Below, in pieces: positions 39,363 through 46,938 of a stretch of 50,271 bases of DNA. The DNA is from a virus (taxonomy: Duplodnaviria; Caudoviricetes). Position 1 is the first letter of the stretch, and every line of letters begins with the position of its first letter. Location of the stretch: IMG/VR virus record IMGVR_UViG_3300037467_000958, positions 1 to 50,271 of that record; one strand, given 5' to 3'. Under the pieces are notes generated by a model. The model saw only the letters and a list, made by a program, of their open reading frames with translations. It did no database searches and had not been told where the DNA came from. The position numbers and the translations under genes were made by a program.

Positions 39363-39694
39363 GAAATCAGCCCTCCTTCATAGTCCGCTTCGCCTTCCAA
39401 TTCTTCTTCATCGAGCAATTTTTCGGCTAAATTGGCCGCTTTTAGCCATTCTTGCGCCTCTTTCGGCAAATCCGGGCTTGCGCCTTGATGTTGCGGAACG
39501 TCGGCCTTGATGCGCTGAAGGATGATGGAGCGCACATCCCGAACAGCAAGCAATCCGACCGATGTTTCTGCAACAGGCAAGTGTAGTTCAAATGCCATTT
39601 TTAGTTGCGTATAATCGGATTTGGTAAAATTGTACGAAAGATAAGTGCCGTCGTTGTAGTACACCGTATATAATCGCGTTGCGGGTTTACCCAT
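39359..39694 (-). CDS. Hypothetical protein
   Basis: Start taken at ATG 39694 (MGKPATR) after AAAGGAGG. Confidence 0.65.
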   Translation of the reverse strand: MGKPATRLYTVYYNDGTYLSYNFTKSDYTQLKMAFELHLPVAETSVGLLAVRDVRSIILQRIKADVPQHQGASPDLPKEAQEWLKAANLAEKLLDEEELEGEADYEGGLIS

Positions 39695-39713
39695 CTTATT
39701 CAATAAGCCTCCT

Positions 39714-41249
39714 TTATACGTAGGAGAGGTAAGAACCTTTGTAGTCTTCAAAATCTTCATCTTCGTATTCCAATTCTCGGACATTATTGTATCTCTTTGG
39801 CGGTTCACTTGCAATATACAATAATTCGTCCGGGTTCTCCGGTAATCTCATAAACCCGTAGCGAATCGAGTCCATCGCGTGATCGTTTTTCTTGATGGGT
39901 TTTTCGTCCGGGTTTTTCTTGTCGTCGAGCGTTATTTCGGGGAATTTATAATTGATGCCCTCTTTGGCGATGTTGGGGCATTTGTCTTTGAACACTACCC
40001 ACTTTTTGCGTTTGATGTAGGAATTAACACGTAGAATCCCGGCTTCAATGCTGTTATTCCCTTCGGTGAAATACAAACCGTAATCTTGGTAGAGGGATTG
40101 AACAGATTTGCCGTTGATGGGGTCGGTCTTATTTTTGATGGAGGGATCGGCAACCATAAATCGTATCCGTCCTGCGGGGATAGCGTCTATTCGTGGCCGA
40201 ATAGCCGCTGCGTGATCCGGCACAAGGGCTTCCGGCTTGTAGTATTCGTCATACGTAATCACGACTCCATTCTCGGGGTCTATCGCGTTCCAGTATACAG
40301 CCGTCGGGTTCCGCAAGCCGTGGTCGAGGGTAATAAACCGTTCCCATGATTTTGGGATTTCACTAATTCCACGTAAGCGGAAATAGTCAGACTCGGTAGT
40401 CAGAACTGAAGAAAACTCCGGATAGACCATACCTTCCGAGTGGTCGAATGATCCCAATAGGTATCGTTTTATCCACCATTCCGGCTTTGATTTGCTGTTC
40501 ATTTCAATGAAATCATCCGGCAGATACCTGTTTAATTCCGTCGGCCAAATGAAAGTAGTAATAAAGCGGTTATAAAGATCATGTTCAGGATGGTTAGCGT
40601 CAGCCCGAGCGATATTATCCGCAAATACTTCTTTGATCCAGCCAATGTCTGGGTTGGAACAAACGGCAAACAGTCGGTTTTTGACAAACGGGTCGCGCAT
40701 CCGAGTAAGAAGTTGGTCATAAATAGAACGATCGATGCCCGAGGCTTCTTCCATGTGGATAATTCCGGCGTTAATAGATCGCAATTTTTCTTCGTCATCT
40801 GAAGGAATCGTATAAAAAATGAATCCATTTTCAAGTTCGATCTCACCGTCCGCTTTGTTATATCGTTTGATTAGGGAAGGTGGGCAAACTTCGTTGAAGA
40901 ACGTTTTGAGCGTGGTTCGCTTCAACTGTTGTAAAGTCGGCGCGGTGAGAAGCCCGGTTCCTTTTGGATTTTCAAGAGCGCGAAGTAAAACTTCTGTCAG
41001 GGAAGTCCGGGATTTACCGGAGCCGAACCCGCCGAAATAACCAATGATTTGAACCTGTAATTCCCACGCATTTTTCCGTTTGTTGTACCGCTCTACGAGC
41101 GGCACGCTATGCGACGGCATTTGATAGTCCTGCGGAACGTACGTAAGTTCGATTGCATTGCAGAAAGGGCATACGACATAAGCCGGATGCCCGTTTTCAG
41201 GTACAATCACATCCCCGCCGAAGCAAGATTGGCATAAGCCTGTTGTCAT
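39714..41249 (-). CDS. terL: Terminase large subunit
   Basis: GGFGSGKS, APT..QL, MEEA, SNP, DHG..NPTA, NDHAMDSIRY; start taken at ATG 41249. Confidence 0.95.
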   Translation of the reverse strand: MTTGLCQSCFGGDVIVPENGHPAYVVCPFCNAIELTYVPQDYQMPSHSVPLVERYNKRKNAWELQVQIIGYFGGFGSGKSRTSLTEVLLRALENPKGTGLLTAPTLQQLKRTTLKTFFNEVCPPSLIKRYNKADGEIELENGFIFYTIPSDDEEKLRSINAGIIHMEEASGIDRSIYDQLLTRMRDPFVKNRLFAVCSNPDIGWIKEVFADNIARADANHPEHDLYNRFITTFIWPTELNRYLPDDFIEMNSKSKPEWWIKRYLLGSFDHSEGMVYPEFSSVLTTESDYFRLRGISEIPKSWERFITLDHGLRNPTAVYWNAIDPENGVVITYDEYYKPEALVPDHAAAIRPRIDAIPAGRIRFMVADPSIKNKTDPINGKSVQSLYQDYGLYFTEGNNSIEAGILRVNSYIKRKKWVVFKDKCPNIAKEGINYKFPEITLDDKKNPDEKPIKKNDHAMDSIRYGFMRLPENPDELLYIASEPPKRYNNVRELEYEDEDFEDYKGSYLSYV

Positions 41250-41422
41250 AGAATACGGCCTCCCACAAGATACAGATACCCGTCTGCACCCCGGATAAGC
41301 AAAGGACGGCGGCAATCGACGCATTCGTATACAGATTCGTTGTCGTTAACTTTGGAATCTTCCGCTAAATGACGCCCGCATTCGCAGCTTACGTAAACCC
41401 ATGCGCCGACCTTTGATTCCAT
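41246..41422 (-). CDS. Small Zn-ribbon protein (not in ORF track)
   Basis: 58 aa MESKVGAWVYVSCECG...YECVDCRR...; GGGGGTG RBS; ATGA-coupled to terL. Confidence 0.65.
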   Translation of the reverse strand: MESKVGAWVYVSCECGRHLAEDSKVNDNESVYECVDCRRPLLIRGADGYLYLVGGRIL

Positions 41423-41460
41423 CGGGACACCCCCGGACTTGCTATGTTAACTAAGATGTT

Positions 41461-42066
41461 TTAGCTACTCGCTTCACCTTTCGGCTCCGGCTTAGAACGC
41501 AAAGCCTCCGTCTTAGCGTTGGACTCTTGGACTTGAAGGTTTGCTTTAATGCCTGCGGTTGCTGCTTCCTGTTCCGCCCTTCTCTCGTTTAAAGAAAGGG
41601 TTTGTTGATGGGCTTGTTCTTTGTGCTGGGCGTCTTGGTCGGCTTGGGATTTTTTGGTGTGCATGTCCAACATCGCTTTCGCCTTTTCCAATTCGAACTT
41701 CTGCGCCTCGATGTCCATTTCTTGTTCCATCTTGATGTGTTCCATTTGAAGTTTTTGCTGTTCGAGGGCGAGTTGATCCTGCGGGCTAATCCCTTGCTGC
41801 TCCGCACCAAGTGATTTGTAAGCCGCCGCGAGTGTGTTGACAGCGTTTGCCATAATATCGACGTTAAGTTCTGTCGTCCGACTTAACGTATTTAGTATGG
41901 ATTGCAAAATCGCTTCCTGCACTTGTGAGGCAAGCCCCTGTGCAGAAGCACCCGCCGTTTCTTGCGGCGTTGCAGCCTGCGCTTCCCCCGGAAAAGCGAA
42001 CGAAAGTTGCCCCGAGCCGCCTTGCGGTTGCACGATGCCCGGAAGGGCGTTTTCTGGAATCGACAT
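41461..42066 (-). CDS. Q/A-rich coiled-coil protein
   Basis: AAAGGTGG RBS; long helical C-terminus. Confidence 0.75.
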   Translation of the reverse strand: MSIPENALPGIVQPQGGSGQLSFAFPGEAQAATPQETAGASAQGLASQVQEAILQSILNTLSRTTELNVDIMANAVNTLAAAYKSLGAEQQGISPQDQLALEQQKLQMEHIKMEQEMDIEAQKFELEKAKAMLDMHTKKSQADQDAQHKEQAHQQTLSLNERRAEQEAATAGIKANLQVQESNAKTEALRSKPEPKGEASS

Positions 42067-42107
42067 TTGTATTCCACCTTTTTCTTTTCATTGTATACGA
42101 ATCTCCT

Positions 42108-42311
42108 TTAAAATTCCAGAGTTCGCCCTTCGCCTGAAAGATACCACGCCTCTTTTTGCTTGGCAGTCATCTTGTCCCATTGACACATGCTTTTTGCAAA
42201 TCCATGACCACGCCGTAGGATACCGAATGTTACCGAGATTTTATTGTAACCTCGCATAAAGGAGTAACTTTCCTTTGTAAACCATAGCCAATGCTTAATG
42301 TAATTTTTCAT
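42108..42311 (-). CDS. Hypothetical protein
   Basis: ATGA-coupled to upstream gene. Confidence 0.55.
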   Translation of the reverse strand: MKNYIKHWLWFTKESYSFMRGYNKISVTFGILRRGHGFAKSMCQWDKMTAKQKEAWYLSGEGRTLEF

Positions 42312-42727
42312 TCGCTCTGTCTCACCACCTGTGGCCGGGAGATTTGGTGCATTACAATCACCTTGTTACGATCCCCGGTATTCAGGACACCGGAAATTTC
42401 GTTTACCTGTTTGATCGCGTGCGTGTCGCCTTGAAGTCCTTCCGTCACTAACGTTTGGAAGGCCTTCCGGCTCGCAATTTGCGCGTTAAACGCCATCTGC
42501 GCGTTAATGTATTGCCGAACGGGTTCCATGTTTAGAAATTCGTACCACATTTGTTTGTTGCCGACTCGCAGCTTCGCTGTGAGTTCGCTAGGATTCAAGT
42601 GCAAAGCGAAGTCGTTTTCGTAAAAGGCGTCCGCCAGCCGAGCGAATACTTCTCGCTTTTCAGCCGGAAAAGACTGAAAGGAGGGGTTAATCTTTAACAT
42701 TTCGAGTAGTTTGTTTATTTCTTCCAT
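42308..42727 (-). CDS. Putative terminase small subunit
   Basis: Helical 139 aa, GDT.AIK motif, upstream of terL; assignment mainly positional. Confidence 0.5.
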   Translation of the reverse strand: MEEINKLLEMLKINPSFQSFPAEKREVFARLADAFYENDFALHLNPSELTAKLRVGNKQMWYEFLNMEPVRQYINAQMAFNAQIASRKAFQTLVTEGLQGDTHAIKQVNEISGVLNTGDRNKVIVMHQISRPQVVRQSE

Positions 42728-43013
42728 TAATCATAACCTCCATGTCGAAGAAAAACGGCCGTTTGGTTTCGCTTTTGGTTCGGCGGCGCATTGCATTTTT
42801 GACGAAGTTGATTCGAAACATTTTGCAATCCTTCTTCCACCGTTCGACCGGGATAAAAGCCTCTTGAACGTATTTACCGCCATACTCGTTATAGTAATCA
42901 TAAACGAGCAGATATCCCGGTTCGCCTTCTTTAACGTACTCGACGGCGTAAAAATACCCCGTTTTGAATGTAGACGCCTTGGTACTGGATGCGTTTGAGT
43001 TCTTCGCGGACAT
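42687..43013 (-). CDS. Hypothetical protein
   Basis: Start taken at ATG 43013 after GGAGG; overlaps both neighbours. Confidence 0.5.
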   Translation of the reverse strand: MSAKNSNASSTKASTFKTGYFYAVEYVKEGEPGYLLVYDYYNEYGGKYVQEAFIPVERWKKDCKMFRINFVKNAMRRRTKSETKRPFFFDMEVMINGRNKQTTRNVKD

Positions 43014-43230
43014 CGCCCTCGACCTCCCTTGCGAAGCCGTTTTCGTCGAATAGCACATCTTCTGATGTGCTATACAAACCCGAAAGGAGGCTCCGAATCG
43101 CTGGATCAGCGATTCGAAGTTTCCCATTCTCGTATTCGCAAGCCGTCTGCGGGCTTCGGCGGATTAACTTTGCGATTTCTCGCTGCGTATACTTTTTCTC
43201 GACGCGAAGAATCTGAAGAATTGTTGTCAC
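42931..43230 (-). CDS. XRE-family HTH protein
   Basis: LR.EKKYTQREIAKLI..S.QT...YENG. Confidence 0.85.
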   Translation of the reverse strand: MTTILQILRVEKKYTQREIAKLIRRSPQTACEYENGKLRIADPAIRSLLSGLYSTSEDVLFDENGFAREVEGDVREELKRIQYQGVYIQNGVFLRRRVR

Positions 43231-43514
43231 GCTGTCACTTCCTCATACATCGCGTTAAACCGGGCAGGCTCGTACACCTGTTGTTCTCCGGTTGGTAGGG
43301 TGACTATATAGTCACCCGAGAAAACTGGAATAGGGTTGCCGCCCTTGCCGATAACGACGTAAACGTTTTCGCTGTTTACGATTTTCGAAATCGGGGAGCC
43401 GGGGAAAGCGGCTCCGGCGTAGGTTTTCGCGGTGACGACCCCTCCAACTTCCCGCATTTCAGGAAACCACTGAAATGCGAGAATGTCGGGCGTCTTTTTA
43501 CGATAGGCTTTCAT
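43227..43514 (-). CDS. Conserved phage protein (RKK...A.QW / GDYIV...F...YE family)
   Basis: Start ATG 43514 after GGAGG; both family motifs present. Confidence 0.75.
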   Translation of the reverse strand: MKAYRKKTPDILAFQWFPEMREVGGVVTAKTYAGAAFPGSPISKIVNSENVYVVIGKGGNPIPVFSGDYIVTLPTGEQQVYEPARFNAMYEEVTA

Positions 43515-43735
43515 TCTTCCACCGCCTCCTTCATAAACACTGCCACGGTACATTTCAGACCGTGTTCTTTTTCGAACAATTTTTCTAATCTGTTTTCTAT
43601 CGTCATAATTGAAAGCTGCTTTTCTTTGTCGGTGAGCGTTGCCCACATGTTGATAAAATTGGATATTTCCTGCCAGTTATCTCCGTTCCACTGAACAGCT
43701 TCGATTGTTACGGGCTTCTTTCTAAATTTCGGCAT
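43511..43735 (-). CDS. Related phage protein, C-terminally divergent
   Basis: FRKKPVTIEAVQWNG N-terminus; lacks the GDYI motif. Confidence 0.7.
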   Translation of the reverse strand: MPKFRKKPVTIEAVQWNGDNWQEISNFINMWATLTDKEKQLSIMTIENRLEKLFEKEHGLKCTVAVFMKEAVEE

Positions 43736-43952
43736 CTTTCTTCACCTTCCTATGGGCGATTTCGGAAATGCGCTGGTAATCTGTCCAATTCCAGTCGCGC
43801 CCGAGTTCTTGGCGCGTCCGGAATGTCGTGGATGTGGAACTGAAGGATACGAGGTCAACGATCCCGGCTGCGGGATCGTGTACGGCGGTGATTATGGCGG
43901 CATGGTTGTTTTTTGTCAAAACAATCCGGCCGACTGAAGGAGTTGGGTTCAT
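43722..43952 (-). CDS. Conserved phage hypothetical protein
   Basis: MNPTPSVGRIV...AAIITAV; ATGA-coupled start at 43952. Confidence 0.7.
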   Translation of the reverse strand: MNPTPSVGRIVLTKNNHAAIITAVHDPAAGIVDLVSFSSTSTTFRTRQELGRDWNWTDYQRISEIAHRKVKKDAEI

Positions 43953-44203
43953 TGGCCGATGGACTTCTGCAAGGCGTAGCCTTCCAGTTCCCACAACCTG
44001 TTTTTGATGCGCTTGGCGCAAATTTCATAACCGATGGCAACTGAAAAGTTCGCCGGGTCTACGCAGCTTGCGGACTCTACGATAATAAAGCCGTTGGGTA
44101 AGCGGCACTTCATAACAAACGTTTTGTTGAGCCACGTGTCGGTTTCGACGATTGATTGACTGAAAAGGGTGTCGATTTGCTCGTGGGTTACCGTGTTTTT
44201 CAT
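43949..44203 (-). CDS. Gp49/Sf6 gp66 family protein (Acb4-like nucleotide sponge)
   Basis: L.NGF...ESASCVDPANF...IG..IC...I...LW.LEGY.LQ. Confidence 0.85.
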   Translation of the reverse strand: MKNTVTHEQIDTLFSQSIVETDTWLNKTFVMKCRLPNGFIIVESASCVDPANFSVAIGYEICAKRIKNRLWELEGYALQKSIGQ

Positions 44204-44255
44204 TTTGGGAAATCCCCTTCTAATTTAAATTATAACGCTTGTCCTGTTACATAAC

Positions 44256-44284
44256 ATATTACATCATGGATGATAGGTTGTCTA
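44256..44284 (-). promoter_or_regulatory. Putative SigA promoter of the leftward operon
   Basis: TAGACA-N17-TAATAT on the - strand; another TATAAT lies closer to the RBS. Confidence 0.45.
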
Positions 44285-44604
44285 TAAAAATTTGGAATTT
44301 TATTTATTTGCTTTGCAAAGGAGGTATTTTGGGGCTGCCCCTGTATTTGTATACGTGGGAATTTTTAAATGTGAATTGAGATGGGATTTGCATTCCCATC
44401 TGCCTGCGTGCGTGTACGCGCGCGCGTGGGACTCCGTTTGCAGCCACCCCTCATCAAATCATACCCTACCACCCTATCCTACCCCGCCTGCCAGCTTGGA
44501 GGCGACCGAACAAAAATCAAATTAATTTCCGTCGAATCGGAATATTCATACCCCGAACCGTGTATACTGGTATCAAGTCAGCACCGAGCATACAAAATTG
44601 GCTG

Positions 44605-44634
44605 TTGACAGAGCATACAGGTTCATGATAAGAT
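44605..44634 (+). promoter_or_regulatory. SigA early promoter
   Basis: TTGACA-N18-TAAGAT, extended TG. Confidence 0.75.
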
Positions 44635-44638
44635 GAAG

Positions 44639-44724
44639 TCAGTTAGGGAACGGTGGCAATGAGTCAGGGGTCGACGAGCCTGACCACGCAGGGCGGAACC
44701 GACCGCCGGAAACCTCCTAATTGA
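44639..44724 (+). ncRNA. Putative structured leader RNA 1
   Basis: Closing stem TCAGTTAGG/CCTAATTGA; inner GTCAGG/CCTGAC and GGCGG/CCGCC hairpins. Confidence 0.45.
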
Positions 44725-44754
44725 AAAAAGTCGACAAAAATCTGAGGTGATGTA

Positions 44755-44937
44755 ATGACTAAGCAAGAATATGGTAAAAGACGTGTTAGGTTGTTCAAAC
44801 AATGGCAAAAAGCTGACGCAGACGACGCTTCCGCTTTACACCATGCTATGGAACAACTAGCTAACGATTTCGAAAAAGAATACGGCTATCGACCTATCGG
44901 GTCGGAATGGGAAGAACTGGCAAAAATGGAAGCATGA
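44755..44937 (+). CDS. Hypothetical early protein
   Basis: GAGGTGA RBS. Confidence 0.75.
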   Translation: MTKQEYGKRRVRLFKQWQKADADDASALHHAMEQLANDFEKEYGYRPIGSEWEELAKMEA

Positions 44938-45049
44938 CACAAACCGCGAGGTTGCGCGTGAACCGTCACGGACGGCACGGCGGGTTGGCGGGAGTCGATA
45001 AGCCTTCCATGTAATACAAAGTTTTACGGAAACGCCGAATACAAAGTGC

Positions 45050-45078
45050 TTGACATGACATGTAACACGTGTTATGAT
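45050..45078 (+). promoter_or_regulatory. SigA early promoter (phage promoter family)
   Basis: TTGACA-N17-TATGAT, extended TG. Confidence 0.85.
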
Positions 45079-45084
45079 GTAATT

Positions 45085-45315
45085 GTCAGACAGGGACGCG
45101 GTTCCAGCGTGAGAGGCCGCATTGTCGTAAGGATTTGTCTCTAGTCGCTCTAATGGCTGATGGAGGTTACAGCCGTATCAATCCTCCAGCTAGTTTCCCT
45201 TGGCCCGTAATGGGTACTGAAGGCTTAACTCCTGCATAGGGGTTGCGAGTGGGGAAATGTAGCGATGCCGCGTTAAGACTGGCGGCAACCGTTTATCGGT
45301 TAAAGTGGGCGAACA
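45085..45315 (+). ncRNA. Putative large structured leader RNA 2
   Basis: About 230 nt with no credible + strand ORF after a strong promoter; nested stems and one pseudoknot. Confidence 0.55.
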
Positions 45316-45342
45316 ATCCAAATTAAAAGGAGATTGATAAAT

Positions 45343-45516
45343 ATGTACGTATGCCAACTTTCGAAAGAAAAGCAAGACGCACTTTATGTAGATGTTGTTT
45401 TCTCGGTAATCGACTTGGGTCTGCCGGCTGTTGAACAAGTCGAAGCCATTCAAAACGCCATGAACAGCAAGCTGTCCGACCTGTCTGACCTCATCGACAT
45501 TCGCAAATACCAGTAA
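45343..45516 (+). CDS. Hypothetical early protein enclosed by an inverted repeat
   Basis: AAAGGAG RBS; ATG 45343 (TTG 45334 is an alternative start). Confidence 0.75.
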   Translation: MYVCQLSKEKQDALYVDVVFSVIDLGLPAVEQVEAIQNAMNSKLSDLSDLIDIRKYQ

Positions 45517-45593
45517 TTTGTCGAAATGCAGCAATTCGCCCACTTTAACGGCCAAACGGTCGAATAAACCCCAATGGGAGGCGTTTATACGCT

Positions 45594-45800
45594 ATGAAAA
45601 AATTTATCGCAGGCTGGGCTTTGTCGAATCATGGAGGCGTCGGTGTTATTGAAATTGACAACTCCGGCGACGGCATGTTGGTTCAATATTACGACCACGA
45701 TCCGGAATGGGTTGAAATTCAATATGATGACGACGGCGAACCCTTTGTAAAAGTCGGCCAGCTTGAATTGCCGCTTAACGAATGTATGCGGTACGCTTGA
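45594..45800 (+). CDS. Hypothetical acidic early protein
   Basis: GGGAGG RBS. Confidence 0.8.
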   Translation: MKKFIAGWALSNHGGVGVIEIDNSGDGMLVQYYDHDPEWVEIQYDDDGEPFVKVGQLELPLNECMRYA

Positions 45801-45879
45801 AGCCGGGCGGGCGGCCTGTCTACCGACGGGCCTCTCTCCGGGCCTTACAAGCCCCAATAAAATTTGGGAGGTTGTCTAA

Positions 45880-46131
45880 ATGACGACTATTGAACTGGCA
45901 AGAGCATTCGTAAACGGTGCAACAAAAGGCAAAGCGGCTTCTTTGTCCATCGAAGGCGACAGGCTGTTCAGCTATGACACGATTATCGCACAGCGGACGC
46001 CGAATCTGACGTACCTGAACGTCACCAAGTATAGTGTGACGACGAGCAAGCACCAAACCCGCCTAAAACGGCTTCTGCCGGGCGCACAACACGTCGAAGG
46101 TATTCCTATGGGCCGCAGGCATATTGTGTAA
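45880..46131 (+). CDS. Conserved phage early protein
   Basis: LFSY.T.IA...YS.TTSKHQ motif; GGGAGG RBS. Confidence 0.8.
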   Translation: MTTIELARAFVNGATKGKAASLSIEGDRLFSYDTIIAQRTPNLTYLNVTKYSVTTSKHQTRLKRLLPGAQHVEGIPMGRRHIV

Positions 46132-46220
46132 CTGACGCCAGCCGTAAGCCGCTGAGAGCCTATCTCGGCGGTTTACACGGACGCCAGTCCGACAATACCC
46201 CAATGGGAGGCTGAAAAGCT

Positions 46221-46427
46221 ATGCAAAAGAAAATGGGCTTGTTCAAAATGTACGGATGGAAACGCACGGATTTCGGGTTCGAAATTCTATTGCCGCTGAA
46301 GAACGGCTTGTTTGTCGGTGAAAATATCAGCATGGCCGACGTGGAGCGCATGTCCGAAATTCAGCTTCAACGGGAAATCGAACGGAAAACCGCGCTTTGT
46401 AAGCATAATCAGCGGGTAGGAGGCTGA
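46221..46427 (+). CDS. Hypothetical early protein
   Basis: GGGAGG RBS module. Confidence 0.75.
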   Translation: MQKKMGLFKMYGWKRTDFGFEILLPLKNGLFVGENISMADVERMSEIQLQREIERKTALCKHNQRVGG

Positions 46428-46433
46428 AAAGCT

Positions 46434-46577
46434 ATGAAACGGTTTTTATTCGAAGTGACGTATTTGAACGGAACGGTTCAGGAAATTGAATTGTTCGCGG
46501 CCACGTTGCGGCAAGCTTGGCTTCGGTTATCTTTTTCGCAAGCGCAAAAGGTTATTTTGCTGGAAGGTGACTTGTAA
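46434..46577 (+). CDS. Small hypothetical protein (47 aa, not in ORF track)
   Basis: Same 18-nt RBS/start module as the previous gene; MKRFLFEVTY... Confidence 0.7.
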   Translation: MKRFLFEVTYLNGTVQEIELFAATLRQAWLRLSFSQAQKVILLEGDL

Positions 46578-46769
46578 TACAGATTATTTCCGTGAAACAA
46601 TGTTCCACGTCACGTGCAATCCATGAAAGCGTTTTATTTCCGAACATTACAAAATAGCGAATACATTTTAAAGTTTTTTTTCGTTAGGGTATAAAAAAAA
46701 TTTTGTTGTAAAAAATACTTTTTGCCTTTTTTTAATAATATAACAAGTAATTAAAGGAATACAAGGATA

Positions 46770-46798
46770 TTGACAATACTTTAATTATTTGTTATTCT
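46770..46798 (+). promoter_or_regulatory. SigA promoter overlapped by a 17-bp inverted repeat arm
   Basis: TTGACA-N17-TATTCT, extended TG; IR arms 46740-46756 and 46779-46795. Confidence 0.65.
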
Positions 46799-46938
46799 TG
46801 CATTGTTAGTAAAAAACAACAAAAAGTTTTTTTCCCAAGTACCCAGAAGGGAGGGGCCAAACGAATTTTTCCTTGTGTTTTCTTAGTTTTGAAAAAACTA
46901 AGCATACAAAACGCTAAAATTTTAAAGGGAGTGCTTAC

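Noticed and set aside
41250-41324. Longer TerL N-terminus given in the ORF track
   Set aside because: It overlaps a credible Zn-ribbon ORF; ATG 41249 has a GGGAGG RBS and ATGA coupling
45153-45190. Fluoride riboswitch (GGCTGATGGAGGTT resembles GGCGATGGAGTTCGCC)
   Set aside because: The topology is similar, but the conserved 3' AUGAC..CU element and any fluoride-related downstream gene are absent
44639-45290. Hammerhead or twister ribozyme, or group I/II intron, in the early RNAs
   Set aside because: I could not assemble the required catalytic core motifs in the right order
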